A stretch of 64,000 bases of DNA from Mobula birostris. Taxonomy: Eukaryota. Of the stretch, positions 12,920 through 25,310 are shown piece after piece; the stretch's first letter is position 1, and every line of letters begins with the position of its first letter. The position numbers and the translations under genes are program-made. The stretch covers positions 25,311,649 to 25,375,648 of the forward strand of contig NC_092398.1 of assembly GCF_030028105.1 (NCBI RefSeq). Reading direction: 5' to 3'. The notes under the pieces were generated by a model. The model was not told the origin of the DNA and ran no database searches. It saw only the letters and a list, made by a program, of their open reading frames with translations.

Positions 12920-13560
12920 GATTTAGCTCACAGTACAGGTCCTTTGGCCCATCATGTTGTGATGACCTTTCAAACTACACCAAGATCAATCTAACCCTTT
13001 CACCTACACAGTCCTCCAATTTCCTTTCATCTGTGTGCCTCTCTAAGACATTCTTAAATGCTCCTAATTTATCCACATCCACCACCACCCCTGGCCGGGT
13101 GTTCCACGCATCCACTAACCAGAGTTTTATAGAGCTGCAACATTACCACCTAGCTCTTGAACTCAGAACTCTTCATCCGATGTTACACCACCCGACTCCT
13201 CTCCTGGTACTTTCCTCCAAACACAAAGTTATTCCATATTATATTAGCCATTTCCACCCTGTGAAAAAGTCTTTGGATGTCCACTCTATCTATGCCTCTT
13301 ATTATCTTGTACACCTCTATCAAGTCACTGCTCATCCTCCTCCTCTCTGACGAGATAAGCCCAAGCATACTCAATCTATCCTCATGAGACATGTTTTCTA
13401 ATCCAGACACCATCCTCTGCACTTCTCTAAAGCGCTGCATCTTTCCTATAGTGAGGCGACCAGACCTAAACCCAAAGCACCGAGTATGGTCTAAACATTT
13501 CCATGTGGCTCTTGAACTCAAACCCCAAACTGACACAGGCCAACACATTACTTGCCTTCT
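12920..13560 (-). mobile_element. CR1 LINE 3' fragment (intron 2)
   Basis: ORF 13183-13548: RMSSDLIEVYKIIRGIDRVD. Confidence 0.85.
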
Positions 13561-14453
13561 TAAGATTCATTTCACTGACTGCTTTCATTAGAAATTTGAG
13601 TTAAGAGTGTGTGCACAAATGGCTGGCACTGTGGCGCACTGGCATAATTAATCCTTTGTTGTATTAGGATACTACTGGCAGTTAGTTCCATGGCTCCATC
13701 AAGTAGATGATATGAACATTGATTGTCAAATGGCAGATGATTAACAAGCTTCCAATACATCTGCTCACAGTAGAATGTTTCTGGCTGTCTTCTTTACTCT
13801 GCAGAAACACTGAATTTCAAAAGTAAATTTTATATTGTTGGCATTGCTGAAGGGAATTACATGGACTTGGTTCGCTATCTTCCCACTATGGTTGTGTTGC
13901 CAGCAGTGAGTCGGCAGTCCCAGTAAACAGCGGATCATGTACTCTTCTTGCTGCTGCTGTCAGGAAGAGATACAGGAGCCTCAGGACTGACACCACCATA
14001 TTCAGGAATATTGTAGCTATTACCCCATCAACCATCAGACTCCTGAATCAGTGGTAATAACTTCACTTGCCCCATCGCTGAAATGTTCCTACACCTATGG
14101 ACTCGCTTTCCAGGAAGCTTCATCTCATATTTTTGATATTTATTGCTTATTTATTTCTTGTTTTTTTTTCCTTCTGTATTTGCACAGTTTGCTGTGTTTT
14201 ACAGACAGGTTGTTTGTCCACCCTGTTGGGTGTGGTCTTCCATTGATTCATTTATGGTTATTGGATTTACCAAGCATGCCCACGAGAAACCAAATCTCAG
14301 GGCTGTATATAGTGAAATGTATGTGCTTTGATAATAAATTTACTTTGAACTTTAGAACTTTGAAAGAAAATATGACTGAAGTGGATTAATAGATATTAAT
14401 CATCATCCAGTGCAATTGACATTCACAAAAAAATCCTTAATTTGTTGTTTTAG

Positions 14454-14735
14454 AAATCGGTGAGCTCTATCTGTACTCAGAGAAACCAGCTGTCTTCGGG
14501 GAGGTAAACACTTTGACCTGTTTCGTCAGCGGCTTTTTCCCACCGGCCGTAATTGTAACGTTGCAGAAGAACAAGAAGCCTGTCAATGGCGAAGTTGACT
14601 CCTCACGCCTCTCATTTGGCAAAGATTGGCGATTTCAAGTGCTCCACTACACATACATCCAGCCAGCAAACGGTGACGTATACTCTTGTAGAGTGCTCCA
14701 TAACATCAGCAAAGAGGAAAAAGTAGTTTACTGGG
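14454..14735 (+). CDS. MHC W-category alpha chain (WA)-like, alpha2 IgC1 exon
   Basis: tttag acceptor and g|gtaaga donor, 282 nt, phase 1/1. Reads EIGELYLYSEKPAVFGEVNTLTCFVSGFFPPAVIVTLQKN...RLSFGKDWRFQVLHYTYIQPANGDVYSCRVLH...VYW. IgC1 cysteines present, plus the beta2m-like LSF-KDW-F motif. Confidence 0.92.
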
Positions 14736-15840
14736 GTAAGAGAATTGAACCATTCTGTTATGGTTATTATTCTATAGATTTGCTGAGTATGTCTACAGGA
14801 AAATCAACCTCAGGGTTGTATATGGTGATGTATATGTACTTTGATAATAAAATTACCTTTTTGAACTTTGAAATGCTCTGGGGTAAATGATACGGGGCAG
14901 CACAGTAGCATGGTGGTTAGCGCAGTGCTTTACAACACCAACTAAAATCGAGATTCGATTGCTGTCTGTAAGGAGTTTGTATGTTCTCACCATGGCCGCA
15001 TAGGTTTTGTCCAAGTGCCCTGTTCCTTCCTACATTCCTAAGATTGGGTTAAAGTTACTGAGTTGTGGGCTTGCTCTGTCGGCACTGGCAGAATGGTGGT
15101 ATTTGTGGGCTGCCCTCAGCACAATCCTCACTAATATGATTTGATGCAAAAATGATGCATTTCTCTGTATGTTTTGATCTTTCAATATACATGTGACAAA
15201 TAAAGCTAATCTCTGAAATCCTGCTCATTGCCTGCAGTGCTGACTGACAGTGTTTTCCAGTGGAAGTGTTGTCGAGATCAGGAGCTTGGCAAGTACGAGG
15301 ACAAGCTTCCCTTAGCACATTTCAGCTGGCGTTGTACCACTCCAACCCGAGCTGGAGCCTAGCAATAGATTCACTAATGAGGGGTAGTGTTGAAGCACTC
15401 CATCCTGGATGAGATTGGTTTTAACCCTCTTGTTGCTCTGTTAGGCCAGTGAGAGGAAAAGCAGCCCAGGTTCCTGCTTACACTCAGTATCCAGCAATTC
15501 CCAGTGGAACGTGAAGGATGCAACGTGACTATTTGGGCTTTATGTCGATCAACCCCATTGCTCATGTTGCATTTTTTTTAGTGATGCAGCTCGGAAAGGG
15601 CCATTCCAGCCGCACTGCTCAGCAGCTCCTGATTTTTAACAATGACCGATTAACCTACCAATTGGTACGTCATTAGACTCTGGGAGTAAACTGGAGCACC
15701 TGGAGGAAACCCAATCCGTCATGGGGAGAACATACCAACTACTTGTAGACAGCTGCAGGAATTAAACCCCGTCACTGGTATTGTAAAGTGTTGTGCCAAC
15801 CTCTGCATTACTGTGCCATTGTTAGTTGACAGCCATTTAA

Positions 15841-16130
15841 TCACAAAGTCACAGAAAAGTACAGCACAGAAGCAGGACCTTTGCCCCATCTAATCTGCCC
15901 ACTCCCCTTGACCGTAGCCCTACCATCCCTGTATCTTTCCAAACTTCTCTTAAACACTGAAATCGAGCTCGCATCCACCACTTCTGCTGGGTGCTTGTTC
16001 CACACTCTCACAGCTGTCTGAGTGAAGAAGTTTCCCCTCATTTTCACCTTTTACCCTTCATCCGTGAGCTCCAGTTGTAGTCCCATCCAACCTCAGGGAA
16101 AAAAGCCTGCTTACATTTAACCCATCTATA
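15841..16130 (-). mobile_element. CR1 3' fragment (intron 3)
   Basis: ORF MRGNFFTQTAVRVWNKHPAEVV, typical CR1 ORF2 C-terminus. Confidence 0.8.
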
Positions 16131-16272
16131 CCTGTTGAAAAGTATATTCAGCCAAGAAGGGGGAACACGAGAAACCCAAGAGGACAATTTAGTTGTGGTA
16201 CCTCATCTTTGTTCAAGCTGATTTTAAAAACTAGTTCCTTGCTTAAAAAATAATTGTGTGCTTTGTTCACAG

Positions 16273-16400
16273 AACCAGAAGAGCAAAGTCGTGCTGAAGA
16301 ACTGGATACAAGCCAGCTTGCTGTTTTGATCTGTGGGCTGATTATAGGAATACTTGGCACAGCAGCTGGACTCTACTTATGTTTTGCATCGTCTGGCTGA
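16273..16400 (+). CDS. WA-like connecting peptide / transmembrane / cytoplasmic exon with stop codon
   Basis: ttcacag acceptor, phase 1. Reads EPEEQSRAEELDTSQLAVLICGLIIGILGTAAGLYLCFASSG*, containing the class II alpha TM pattern C-GxxxGxxGxxxG. Confidence 0.9.
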
Positions 16401-16644
16401 GGCTCTTTGATAATCCGGATCAATACTCCTTCTCAATGAAAAAATAATCCCTGCATTATTTCCCAGTGGTCTGTACCTTGCTTTGTCGCAGTTTTGTGCA
16501 CTCAGATTTGTAATGCATCATTCTCTTCCATCTTATGGTATTGATTTCAAATTCCGCTTTTGAATTTTGGTATCTTTTATTTCATCTGTCAGTCGTCCAT
16601 CTGCTAAATGCAACAGCAATCTGCTTCAGATAGATAAGATCACA

Positions 16645-17270
16645 GGTAGGTCGGGTCCTAAAACAAATGGCACATTCACCTTCATAAATCAAAGTATTGA
16701 GTACAGGAGTTGGGATGTTATGGTGAAGTTGCACAAGACATTGGTGAAGCCTAAACTGGAGTATCATGTTCAGTTCTGATCACCAACCTACAGGAAAGAT
16801 ATCGATAAAACTGAAAGAATGCAAAGAAAATTTACAAGGACTTTGCTGGAAGTTGCAGACCTGAATTAGAAGGAAAAGTTGAATAGGTGAAGACCGTATT
16901 CCCTAGAGCATAGGAGACCAAAGGAGTTTTGAGAGAGGTGTACAAAATTATGAGGGAAGTAGGTGAAATTGTTGCAAGCAGGCCTTTTCCGCTGAGAACT
17001 AGAGGTCATGGCTTAAGGGTAGAAGTGAAATGTTTAAGGTAAAGCTCTTCACACAGCGGGTGGTGAGAATGTGGACGGAACAAGCTGCCAAGGGAAATGG
17101 TGGATGATGGTTTGGTTTCAGCATTTAAGAGAAATTTGGATAAATATGGGTGGGAGGGGTATGGAGGGCTATGGACCGGGTGTGGTTCGATGGGACTAGA
17201 TAAAATAGCAGTTCATCACAGACTAGATAGGCAAAGGAGCCTTTTTCTGTGCTGCAGTGGTCTGACACAT
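16645..17270 (+). mobile_element. CR1 3' fragment
   Basis: SIEYRSWDVMVKLHKTLVKPKLEYHVQF and the CR1 3' end. Confidence 0.85.
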
Positions 17271-18849
17271 CTGCTTCTTCAACCATTCTGCATCTCTGTT
17301 AGGGGAATTAATTTGCTATGAAAATTCAATTCAAGATGGTCACAAATACATTGGACAGGGACTTTGAAATGACTAGGGAATACCTTTATTCATGGACAAG
17401 GTAGAATCACTTGCTAACAGTGAGATCGCCAAGTCTTCCAAAGAATAATACTCATAGCCTTTTTTATACATACACACAGAAATTCAATTACATCAGTCAA
17501 TGTTTAAAAAAAAATCAATCCTGTGTGTCTTATCAATTCCCATGAAAATGCCAGAGGCAGCCTCTTGTCTGCCCACAGCACACAGGGATGGGTTATTAAA
17601 CATCCTTGAAACCAAGATGGATTATTGCAAACATGCTGAGAGCCCAGGCTGAATGCTGAATCTTTATCCATGATATATAGAAGGTTAATTAAATCCTTGG
17701 ATCCAGTAAATAGTTAAACGTACAAAGGTATAGTTTGTTTTATGTGTTAGTATCTGACAAATGAAGGAAAAACCAGGACACTCATTGTAATTGTCAGAAA
17801 CTTGACAGCCCCCAGGGTCCTCCCTACAATTTATGACCTTCAGTGCCTTCATCTTGTTCTTGCAACTGTGTCAGCACTAGGCATATTGCTAATTAAAGGA
17901 AGGTGCAGAATATCTCAGATAGCTTAACGTTTTATTCAGAATTTTCTTCCAGACTGACCTACTTCTGCCCTTCTGCTCTGCTGTGCCGCAAAGCCTTCGT
18001 AGATCATTTCCTTACCACCAATTTCCCTATTTTCACTTCTCTTTGTGAGGTTGGTGAGGTGCATTTCTGGATGTGTGAGCCATTGCTGTTGTTGTAACTT
18101 AAAGCTCATCATTAAATCAGTGGATACAAAAACTCTATACATCTAAAGCAGAAAATAAGTCTCTGCTGTTTGGAGAATAAAAGGTTTCTTTTGCACAAAA
18201 TCTGCAGTTCCTCACTTTTGCAACTACTGCCTCTGTAAATTACCATTTTCTTTTCTCAGGGTAGCTGGTAATAATTTTTTCCTGGGTAGGTGTTCGATGA
18301 GTCAAATTGCACGTTATCCTGCGCTTCAGACAAATGTGACTCCTGTTTAGTATCTTAGTGTTTGACTCTTGCCAAATGATCATGCTGTTATTTACAACAT
18401 ACAAAAGGCACACAATGGTCAGGGATTTACAAAACTAACAACAACTTTGAATTAAAATACAATTACTATAGTCTACAAATCACTCAGTTCCCGGGGGGGG
18501 GGGGAGGGGGTGTTGCACCATTCTCAGAAATCCCCTGTAGTGCTCATAGAGGTTGCATGCTCCCTTTCCGTGGAAGCACTTGCATGAATGTAATACGGGA
18601 AGAGGGATAGTCAGTCAGCTCAAGCAGAGACCTTGACTGCCTGCTGCCTGGACCCGTGAATGGCCATTTTGGCTAGGCCCAGGAACGAGCCTACTGAGAG
18701 AGATCTGAGTGACCCACCACGCCGCCACCACCCCCCCCCACAATATTGCGTGATTGTAGTTGATGAGCACAAGCACGACGTGCAGCCAGAACTTGAGGAG
18801 CAGCTTCTTCAGACATTCAAACAAACAGGCTGCAACCTCTCACACTCCA

Positions 18850-19110
18850 CGTACATTCCGTGGCCACTTTATAAGGTACATCTGCTCGTTCATACAAATA
18901 TCTAACGAATCAATCATATTACAGCAACTTAATGTATAAAACATGCAGAAATGTTCAAGAGGTTCAGTTGTTGTTCAGACCAAACATCAGAATGGGGAAG
19001 AAACGTGATGCAAGTGACTTTGACCGTGGAATGAATGCTGGTGCCAGACGGGTGGATCAAGCATCTCAGAAGCTGCTGAGTAAAGCCTTCCCCAGCACTG
19101 AGCGCATCTA
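18850..19110 (+). mobile_element. Tc1/mariner remnant
   Basis: ggccacttta TIR-like start. MGKKRDASDFDRGMNAGARR matches a Tc1 transposase N-terminus. Confidence 0.75.
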
Positions 19111-19756
19111 CATGAAATGCTGTTGCAGGGAAGCAGCATCTATGATTAGGGACTCCCACCACCCAGGTCATGCTTTCTTCTTGCTGCTGCCATCATGAGG
19201 AAGGTACAAGAGCCTCAGGATAACTTCACTCAACTTCACTTCCCCATCATTGAAATGTTGCCACCACCAGTGGACTAATTTTCAAGAACTCTTCAGCTCA
19301 CGTTTTTGATATTTATTCTTATTTATTATAATTGCTTTCTTTTTTTTGTATTTGCAGAATTTGTCTTTTGCACACTGGTTGAACGCCCAAGTTGATTTGG
19401 TCTTTTATTGCTTCTGTTATGGGTATTTTATGCCCGTCAAAAAGAAATCCCAGTGTTGACATGTATTTCGATAATAAATGTATTTTAAAATTTGATCTCT
19501 GTTGGAGTTTCATGCACAACAGTTTACAGAGAATAGTATAAAAAAGAAAAAAAAAATCCAGTGACCGTCAGTTCTGTGTGCAAAAACGCCTTGTCACTCA
19601 GAGAGTTCAGAAGAGCATGGCCGTACTGTTTCAAGCTGGCAGGAAGGTGACAGTAATTTAAATAACCATATGTTACAACAGTGGGGTGCAGAAGAGCATC
19701 TCTGAATGCACAGCGTGTTCAACCTTGGTCAATAGCAGCAGAAGACCACAAATATG

Positions 19757-19813
19757 CACTCAGTGGCCACTTTATTAGATACAAACGATATCTAATAAAG
19801 TGGCCAATGAGTA
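19757..19813. mobile_element. Tc1-derived mini hairpin (TIR-only)
   Basis: cactcagtggccactttattagata...tatctaataaagtggccaatgagt. Related copies occur near 11400, 28211 and 43683-44100. Confidence 0.75.
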
Positions 19814-20459
19814 TACTTTAGTTTTATGAATCATCTTGCTGTTGGATGACAAAGTGTGTTCAGATTTTATTTGAATCCACAAACATTCTTCATTCTTACA
19901 AGCAGGCATGGCAACAGGAAGATTTTGCTCAGAGGTTAATTGCTCCTTAAGGATGTAGGATTCAGCATCTCTCAATAACCTCTCTGCAGGCAGTGGTCTC
20001 CAAAACTACAGTTAAACATAAGCACAAGAAATACTGCAATCCAGAGCATTGGTATTGGAGAGGTCCAAGGTGAGGTTCACGAGAATGATCCTGGGAATAA
20101 AAGAGTTAATGCATGAGGAGCATTTGAAGGCTCTGGGTCTATAGTCACTGGAGCTTAGATGGATGGGGGAGGGGTGGGTGGGACGTCATTGAAACCTACT
20201 GGATATTGAAAGACCTGGTTGGAGTGGATGCGGAGAGGATGTTTCCTAGACTAGGGGAGTCTAGGTCCACAGGGCTCAGACACAGAGTAGAAGGATGTCC
20301 TTTTACAACAGAGGAGTTTCTTTTGCCAAGGGGTTGTGAATCTGTGGAATCCATTGCTACAGTTGGCTGTGGAGGAGAAGTCATTGGATATATGAGTTTA
20401 AAAAGGAAGGTTGCTTCCAACGGCTTTCTTTTGGATCAGGACTACAGAGCGGCGTGGTA

Positions 20460-22218
20460 GTTGAATTCTGAAGGAAGGCAGTTTTATTAAAAACTTCTTC
20501 AAGTGCAAGAAGGACGAGACTGTGCAGGCGCGTGACATAACAGGACAGGGCGGAGAGTTTAAAAAAGAGACCACCCTATACAGCGGGCAGCTGTCGGAGC
20601 GGGCAGCGGAGTGAGTGGTAGCAGAGTGTAGGGCTTTCACTTCAACGGGCTTCGGCGGTAAACGGGAAGAGGCAAGAGCGAGGCACCAACTCTTTTTTTT
20701 TTCTGCCCTCCCCCTTTTGCGAATTGGCCCAAACAGACAGGAACAGCAGGGCTCACACAGCTAATGGTACGAGCTAACGGTTTAAAAAGTTCATCTGTTT
20801 GGCAAGGTAAGTGGGTGAGCAGACTTATTTTTCCCATTTCATTCCTGTAGAATTAGATAGCATGCATGCTGGGTTTGTGCTTTGCTCAGGGTGTCAGATG
20901 TTGGAATCCTGGGAGACCTCCAGCCTCCCTGATGGCCACATCTGCGCTAGGTGCACCGAGATGCAGCTCCTCAGAGACCGTGTTAGGGATCTGGAGCTGC
21001 AGTGAGATGACCTACTGCTTATCAGGGAAAGTGAAGAGGTGATAGACAGGAGCTACAGGGAGGTAGTCATCCCTAGGCTACAGGGGTCAGAACAAATATC
21101 TTGTTCCAGATCTGTTGAGGGAGATGACCTAACAGGGGACGCCCATGGTGACCAGGTCTCTGGCACTGAGCCTGGCACTGTTGTGCAGCAGGAAAGGAGG
21201 GAGAAGAGGAATGCGGTAGTCATAGTGGATTCCATAGTCAGGGGAATGGACAGGAGATTCTGCGAGCCTGATAGAGGTACCTGCATGTTGTGTTGCTTCC
21301 CAGGTGCCAGGGTATGGGATGTCTCGGATCGGGTCCAGAATATTCTGAAGGGAGAGGGCGAGCAGCCAGTTGTCTTGGTACATGTTGGTACCAGTGACAT
21401 AGATAGGACAAGGGAGGAGGTCCCGAAGAAAGATTTCTGGAAGTTAGGAAGGAAGCTGAGAAGCAGGACCTCCAGGGTAGTAATCTCGGGATTGCTACTT
21501 GTGCCACGTGCTGGCGAGGGCAAGAATAGTAAGATCAGGCAGATGAATGCATGGCTGAGAGAGCGGTGCAGGGGGCAGGGTTTCAGATTCTTGGATAATG
21601 GGGATCTCTTCTGGGGCAAATATGACCTGTTCAAAAGGGACAGGTTACGCCTGAACCCGAAGGGGACCAATATCCTTGCGGGAAGATTTAAGGAGGGTTT
21701 AAACTAATTTGGCAGGGCGATGGGACCCGGAATGATAGAGCGGAGGAAGGGGAAAACAGAAACAAATCTAAGATAGTGAGCAGTAAAAATGTCAGGAAAG
21801 ACAAGCAGGTGATGGGGCAAATTTGTAGCCATCGGGATGAGTTGCAGTGCAATAAAGTTGCAGTGAAATCAAAGCGAGAAGTACCAAATACTGGTCTTAA
21901 GGTGTTATACTTAAAAGCATGCAGCATAAGGAATAAGGTGGATGATCTTGTCATACAGCTACAGATTGGCAGATATGATATTGTGGCCATCACTTAGACA
22001 TGGCTAAAGGATGCATGTCTCTGGGAGCTGAACATCCAAGGATACACAGTGTATCGGGAGGATAGGAAGGTAGGCAGAGGGGGAGGCGTGGCTTTATTGG
22101 TAATAAATGATATTAAATCATTAGAAAGAGGTGATATAGGATCGGAAGGTGCAGAATCTTTATGGATTGAGCTAAGAAATCGCAAGGGTAAAAGGACCCT
22201 GATGGCAGTTATTTATAG
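20460..22218 (+). mobile_element. CR1 LINE 5' part: 5' UTR, ORF1 (zinc finger plus SGNH esterase), start of ORF2 APE; cut at a hAT TIR
   Basis: CSGC...CARC finger. VDSIVRG/CFPGARV/VHVGTSDI esterase motifs. NKVDDL...DIVAIT and YREDRKVGRGGGVAL endonuclease motifs. Confidence 0.92.
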
Positions 22219-23272
22219 CAGGGGTCCCCGACCTTTTTTGCACTGCGGACCGGTTTAATATTGACAATGGAAATGAGGAGTCAACGTTTCGGGCCGGAAC
22301 CCTTCGTCAGGACTGAAGAATGAAGGAGGGGGAAGGATTTGAAGAATGCTTGTAGGTTCGGTTGAAAGACCAGTAATTTGAAGGTCAAAGGGTGGGGGAG
22401 GGGAAGCATCGACATCATAGGCAGAAAAACAATGGGTAGTAGAAGAAAGAGGCGGAACCATGAGGCAGCTGGGGGAGGGGGCAGAGTGAAATAGGGATAG
22501 GGGAAGGGAGGGGGAGGGAAGTTGGAGAATTCTATGTTCATACCAAGGGGCTAGAGACTACCTAGACAGTATATGAGGTGTTGCTCCTCCAACCTGAGTT
22601 TAGCCTTATCATGGCAGTAGAGGAGGCCATGTATGAACATATCTGAATGGGAGTGGGAAGCAGAGTTGAGGTGGGTGGCTACCGGGAGATCCTGTCTGTT
22701 GTGGCGGACGGAGTGGAGGTGCTGGACGAAGCGGTCCCCCAATCTGCGTCTGGTTTCACCGATGTAGAAGAGGCCGCACCGGGAGCACCGGATGCAATAG
22801 CTGACTTTTGTTATGTTATGTTACTTTGATCCCAGCATCTACAGATTATTTTGTGTTTAATATTGACAATATTCTTGCGGACCGGCCGACCCGGGGGAGG
22901 GAGGGGGTGGGTGGTGGTGGGGGGAAGGGTTTCCAACGGACAAGCGGAGCGGTGAAATACGTTGGGTGTATCCCTAACAAAAAGACTACAATGACCATGA
23001 AGCCTTGCGCGGGCATCAGTGCGCATGCGTTTACGTGCCAATTTCATTTCTACAAACAACAGGAGTTCTGCAGATGCTGGAAATTCATGCCACACACATC
23101 AAAGTTGCTGGCGAACGCAGCAGGCCAGGCAGCATCTGTAGGAAGAGGTGCAGTCGACGTTTCAGGCCGAGACCCTTCGTCAGGAGTAGTCATTTCTACA
23201 AATGGTTTTTGGCGATTCTGTTCGGGGGTGGGGGGGGAGTGTTAATCACGACCGGAATATAGGTGGCTAATA
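22219..23272 (-). mobile_element. Partial inverted hAT MITE (3' end only), interrupted by Penelope-like pieces
   Basis: TIR caggggtccccgacc at 22219. 22855-23272 is the reverse complement of the ~24160-24410 portion of the adjacent copy. Confidence 0.8.
22266..22805 (-). mobile_element. Penelope-like element fragment (GIY-YIG)
   Basis: GDRFVQHLHSVRHNRQDLPVATHLNSASHS, the C-terminal part of a PLE GIY-YIG endonuclease. Confidence 0.8.
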
Positions 23273-24440
23273 CAGGGGTCCCCAACTACCGGGCCGCAAA
23301 GCAAGCGCTACCGGGCCGTGAGGAAACGATATGATTTGGCGATATGAGTCAGCTGCACCTTCCCGCATTCCCTGTCACGGCCACTGTTGAGATTGAACGC
23401 ATGCGAGGTCATTACCCGCGTGTCATCCATGTCAGTGTGGGTAGGAGATCAACTCCTCGAGCTTGCAAATGACGGCGGGCTGAAAGGTATGTTTGACATG
23501 ACCTCTCTGTCGGCATTCCGGATCAAAGTCAAGGCTAAATATCCTGAGATAGCCACGAAAGCACGGAAAACGTTGCTTTCATTTTCAACATATCTCTGCA
23601 ATTAATGCAACAAAAACTAAATTGCGGAATAGACTGGACATAAGGAACCCCTTCGAGTATCGCTGCCTCCCATCTCCCCTCGATAGGACCGTCTTGTCGT
23701 AGGGAACAAGTAGTCAGCCCAGGGTTCCCCCTGATTCAGCGATATTGGTGTGTTGCAATGATTTTATATGTTCATACGGGGAAATATGTGCTGTGTGTTT
23801 AATATCCAAACGTTACTTAAAATGTTATGATGCTATTGACTTATATAACCATATAACAATTACAGCACAGAAACAGGCCATCTCTGCCCTTCTAGTCCGT
23901 GCCGAACGCTTACTCTCACCTAGTCCCAACGACCGGCACTCAGCCCATAACCCTCCATTCCTTTCCTGTCCATATATCTATCCATTTTTTCTTTAAATGA
24001 TAATATCGAACCTGCCTCTACCATTTCGTTCAACACTTACTTCAAGCTCCCCTGCCCTTCCCTGATAATTGACATCACTATATTCATGCGAGGAAAATAT
24101 GCACTGTGTGTTTAATATTAAATTCGTTAGAGAAACCCTTTTAGAAACGAAATTGAGTGTATTAGCCACTTATCACCTATATTCCGGTCGTGATTAACAA
24201 CAACCCCCCCCCCCGAACAGAATTGCCAAAAACTATTTGTAGAAAAAAAATCGGCATGTACACGCATGTGCACTGGTGCCCGCGCAAAGCTTCATGGTCA
24301 TTGTAGTCTTTCTCGGGTAAAACCAACGTATTTGACTACCACTCTTGTCTATTGGCAACCCTTCCCCCGGATCGGCCGGTCCGCAAGAATATTGTCAATA
24401 TTAAACTGGTCCGCAGTGCATAAAAGGTTAGGGACCCCTG
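23273..24440 (+). mobile_element. Non-autonomous hAT element (same family as 2867-4058), no matching TSD
   Basis: TIRs caggggtccccaac / ggttagggacccctg and transposase remnant ORF 23387-23605. Flanks ggctaata versus tattaagg differ. Confidence 0.88.
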
Positions 24441-24945
24441 TATTAAGGGATTACGAAGAATGCCACAAAGGCTTTAATACAAAGAAAAATCGCTGAGCAT
24501 CATATTAGTTTGAAAACGTTTGATGATGAGGTGCTAGATAGGTTTCCAATGAGTAATCTGGAAATGCAGTTACATCTTGAAACAAATAAAGTTAAAGCAA
24601 TTAGAAGCTGATTTGGAAAGAAGTCGGTTAGGAGCTGAAAATAAACAGAAGGAATTCGAGGCTAGTGTGGCCCATAAAATAAGGGAATTTAAAGATAGAG
24701 AAGCTGAAAACCAGAGGAAATTTGAGCTAGAGATGGAGAAATTAAAGTCCGGGAATCAGTCTTCTTGTACTAAGAAACAGTTTATTGCTAGTGGTGAGGT
24801 TATTTTGGCTCCTCGATTTAATGAAGCTGAAGTGGACAAACATTTCCAGATTTCGAAATTACTGCTCTGAGTTTAGGGTGGCCGAAAGAGCAATGGCCAG
24901 TGATGTTACAAAGTATAATTAAAGGCAAGGCACAACAAGTTTACA
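24441..24945 (+). pseudogene. Gmr1-like gag fragment, inverted duplicate of ~9775-10280
   Basis: ORF 24577-24870 is nearly the same as ORF 9742-10143. Confidence 0.88.
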
Positions 24946-25310
24946 CACATCAAAGTTGCTGGTGAACGCAGCTGGCCAGGCAGCATCTCTAGGAAGAGGT
25001 GCAGTCGACGTTTCAGGCCGAGACCCTTCGTCAGGACTAACTGAAGGAAGAGTGAGTAAGGGATTTGAAAGTTGGAGGGGGAGGGGGAGATCCAAAATGA
25101 TAGAAGACAGGAGGGGGAGGGATGGAGCCAAGAGCTGGACGGGTGATTGGCAAAAGGGATATGAGAGGATCATGGGACAGGAGGTCCGGGAAGAAAGATG
25201 GGGGGGGGGGGGAGACCCAGAGGATGGGCAAGGGGTATATTCAGAGGGACAGAGGGAGAAAAAAGAGAGTGAGAGAAAGAATGTGTGTGTAAAAATAAGT
25301 AACAGATGGG
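24946..25310. mobile_element. Penelope-like fragment replacing the deleted Gypsy body in the right arm
   Basis: cacacatcaaagttgctggtgaacgcag... family, also seen at 23092 and 37440. Confidence 0.75.

Noticed and set aside
14454-14735. Beta-2-microglobulin gene
   Set aside because: The exon is flanked by a phase-compatible alpha1 exon and a class II alpha-type TM exon, which beta2m lacks.
12593-16400. Classical MHC class II alpha or DM alpha
   Set aside because: The alpha2 domain has the beta2m-type SF-KDW-F motif and no C-strand Trp, and alpha1 lacks the FDGDE-type motif.
17903-18142. Opposing short ORFs downstream of WA
   Set aside because: No recognisable domain or convincing splice signals. 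Probably 3' UTR or intergenic sequence.
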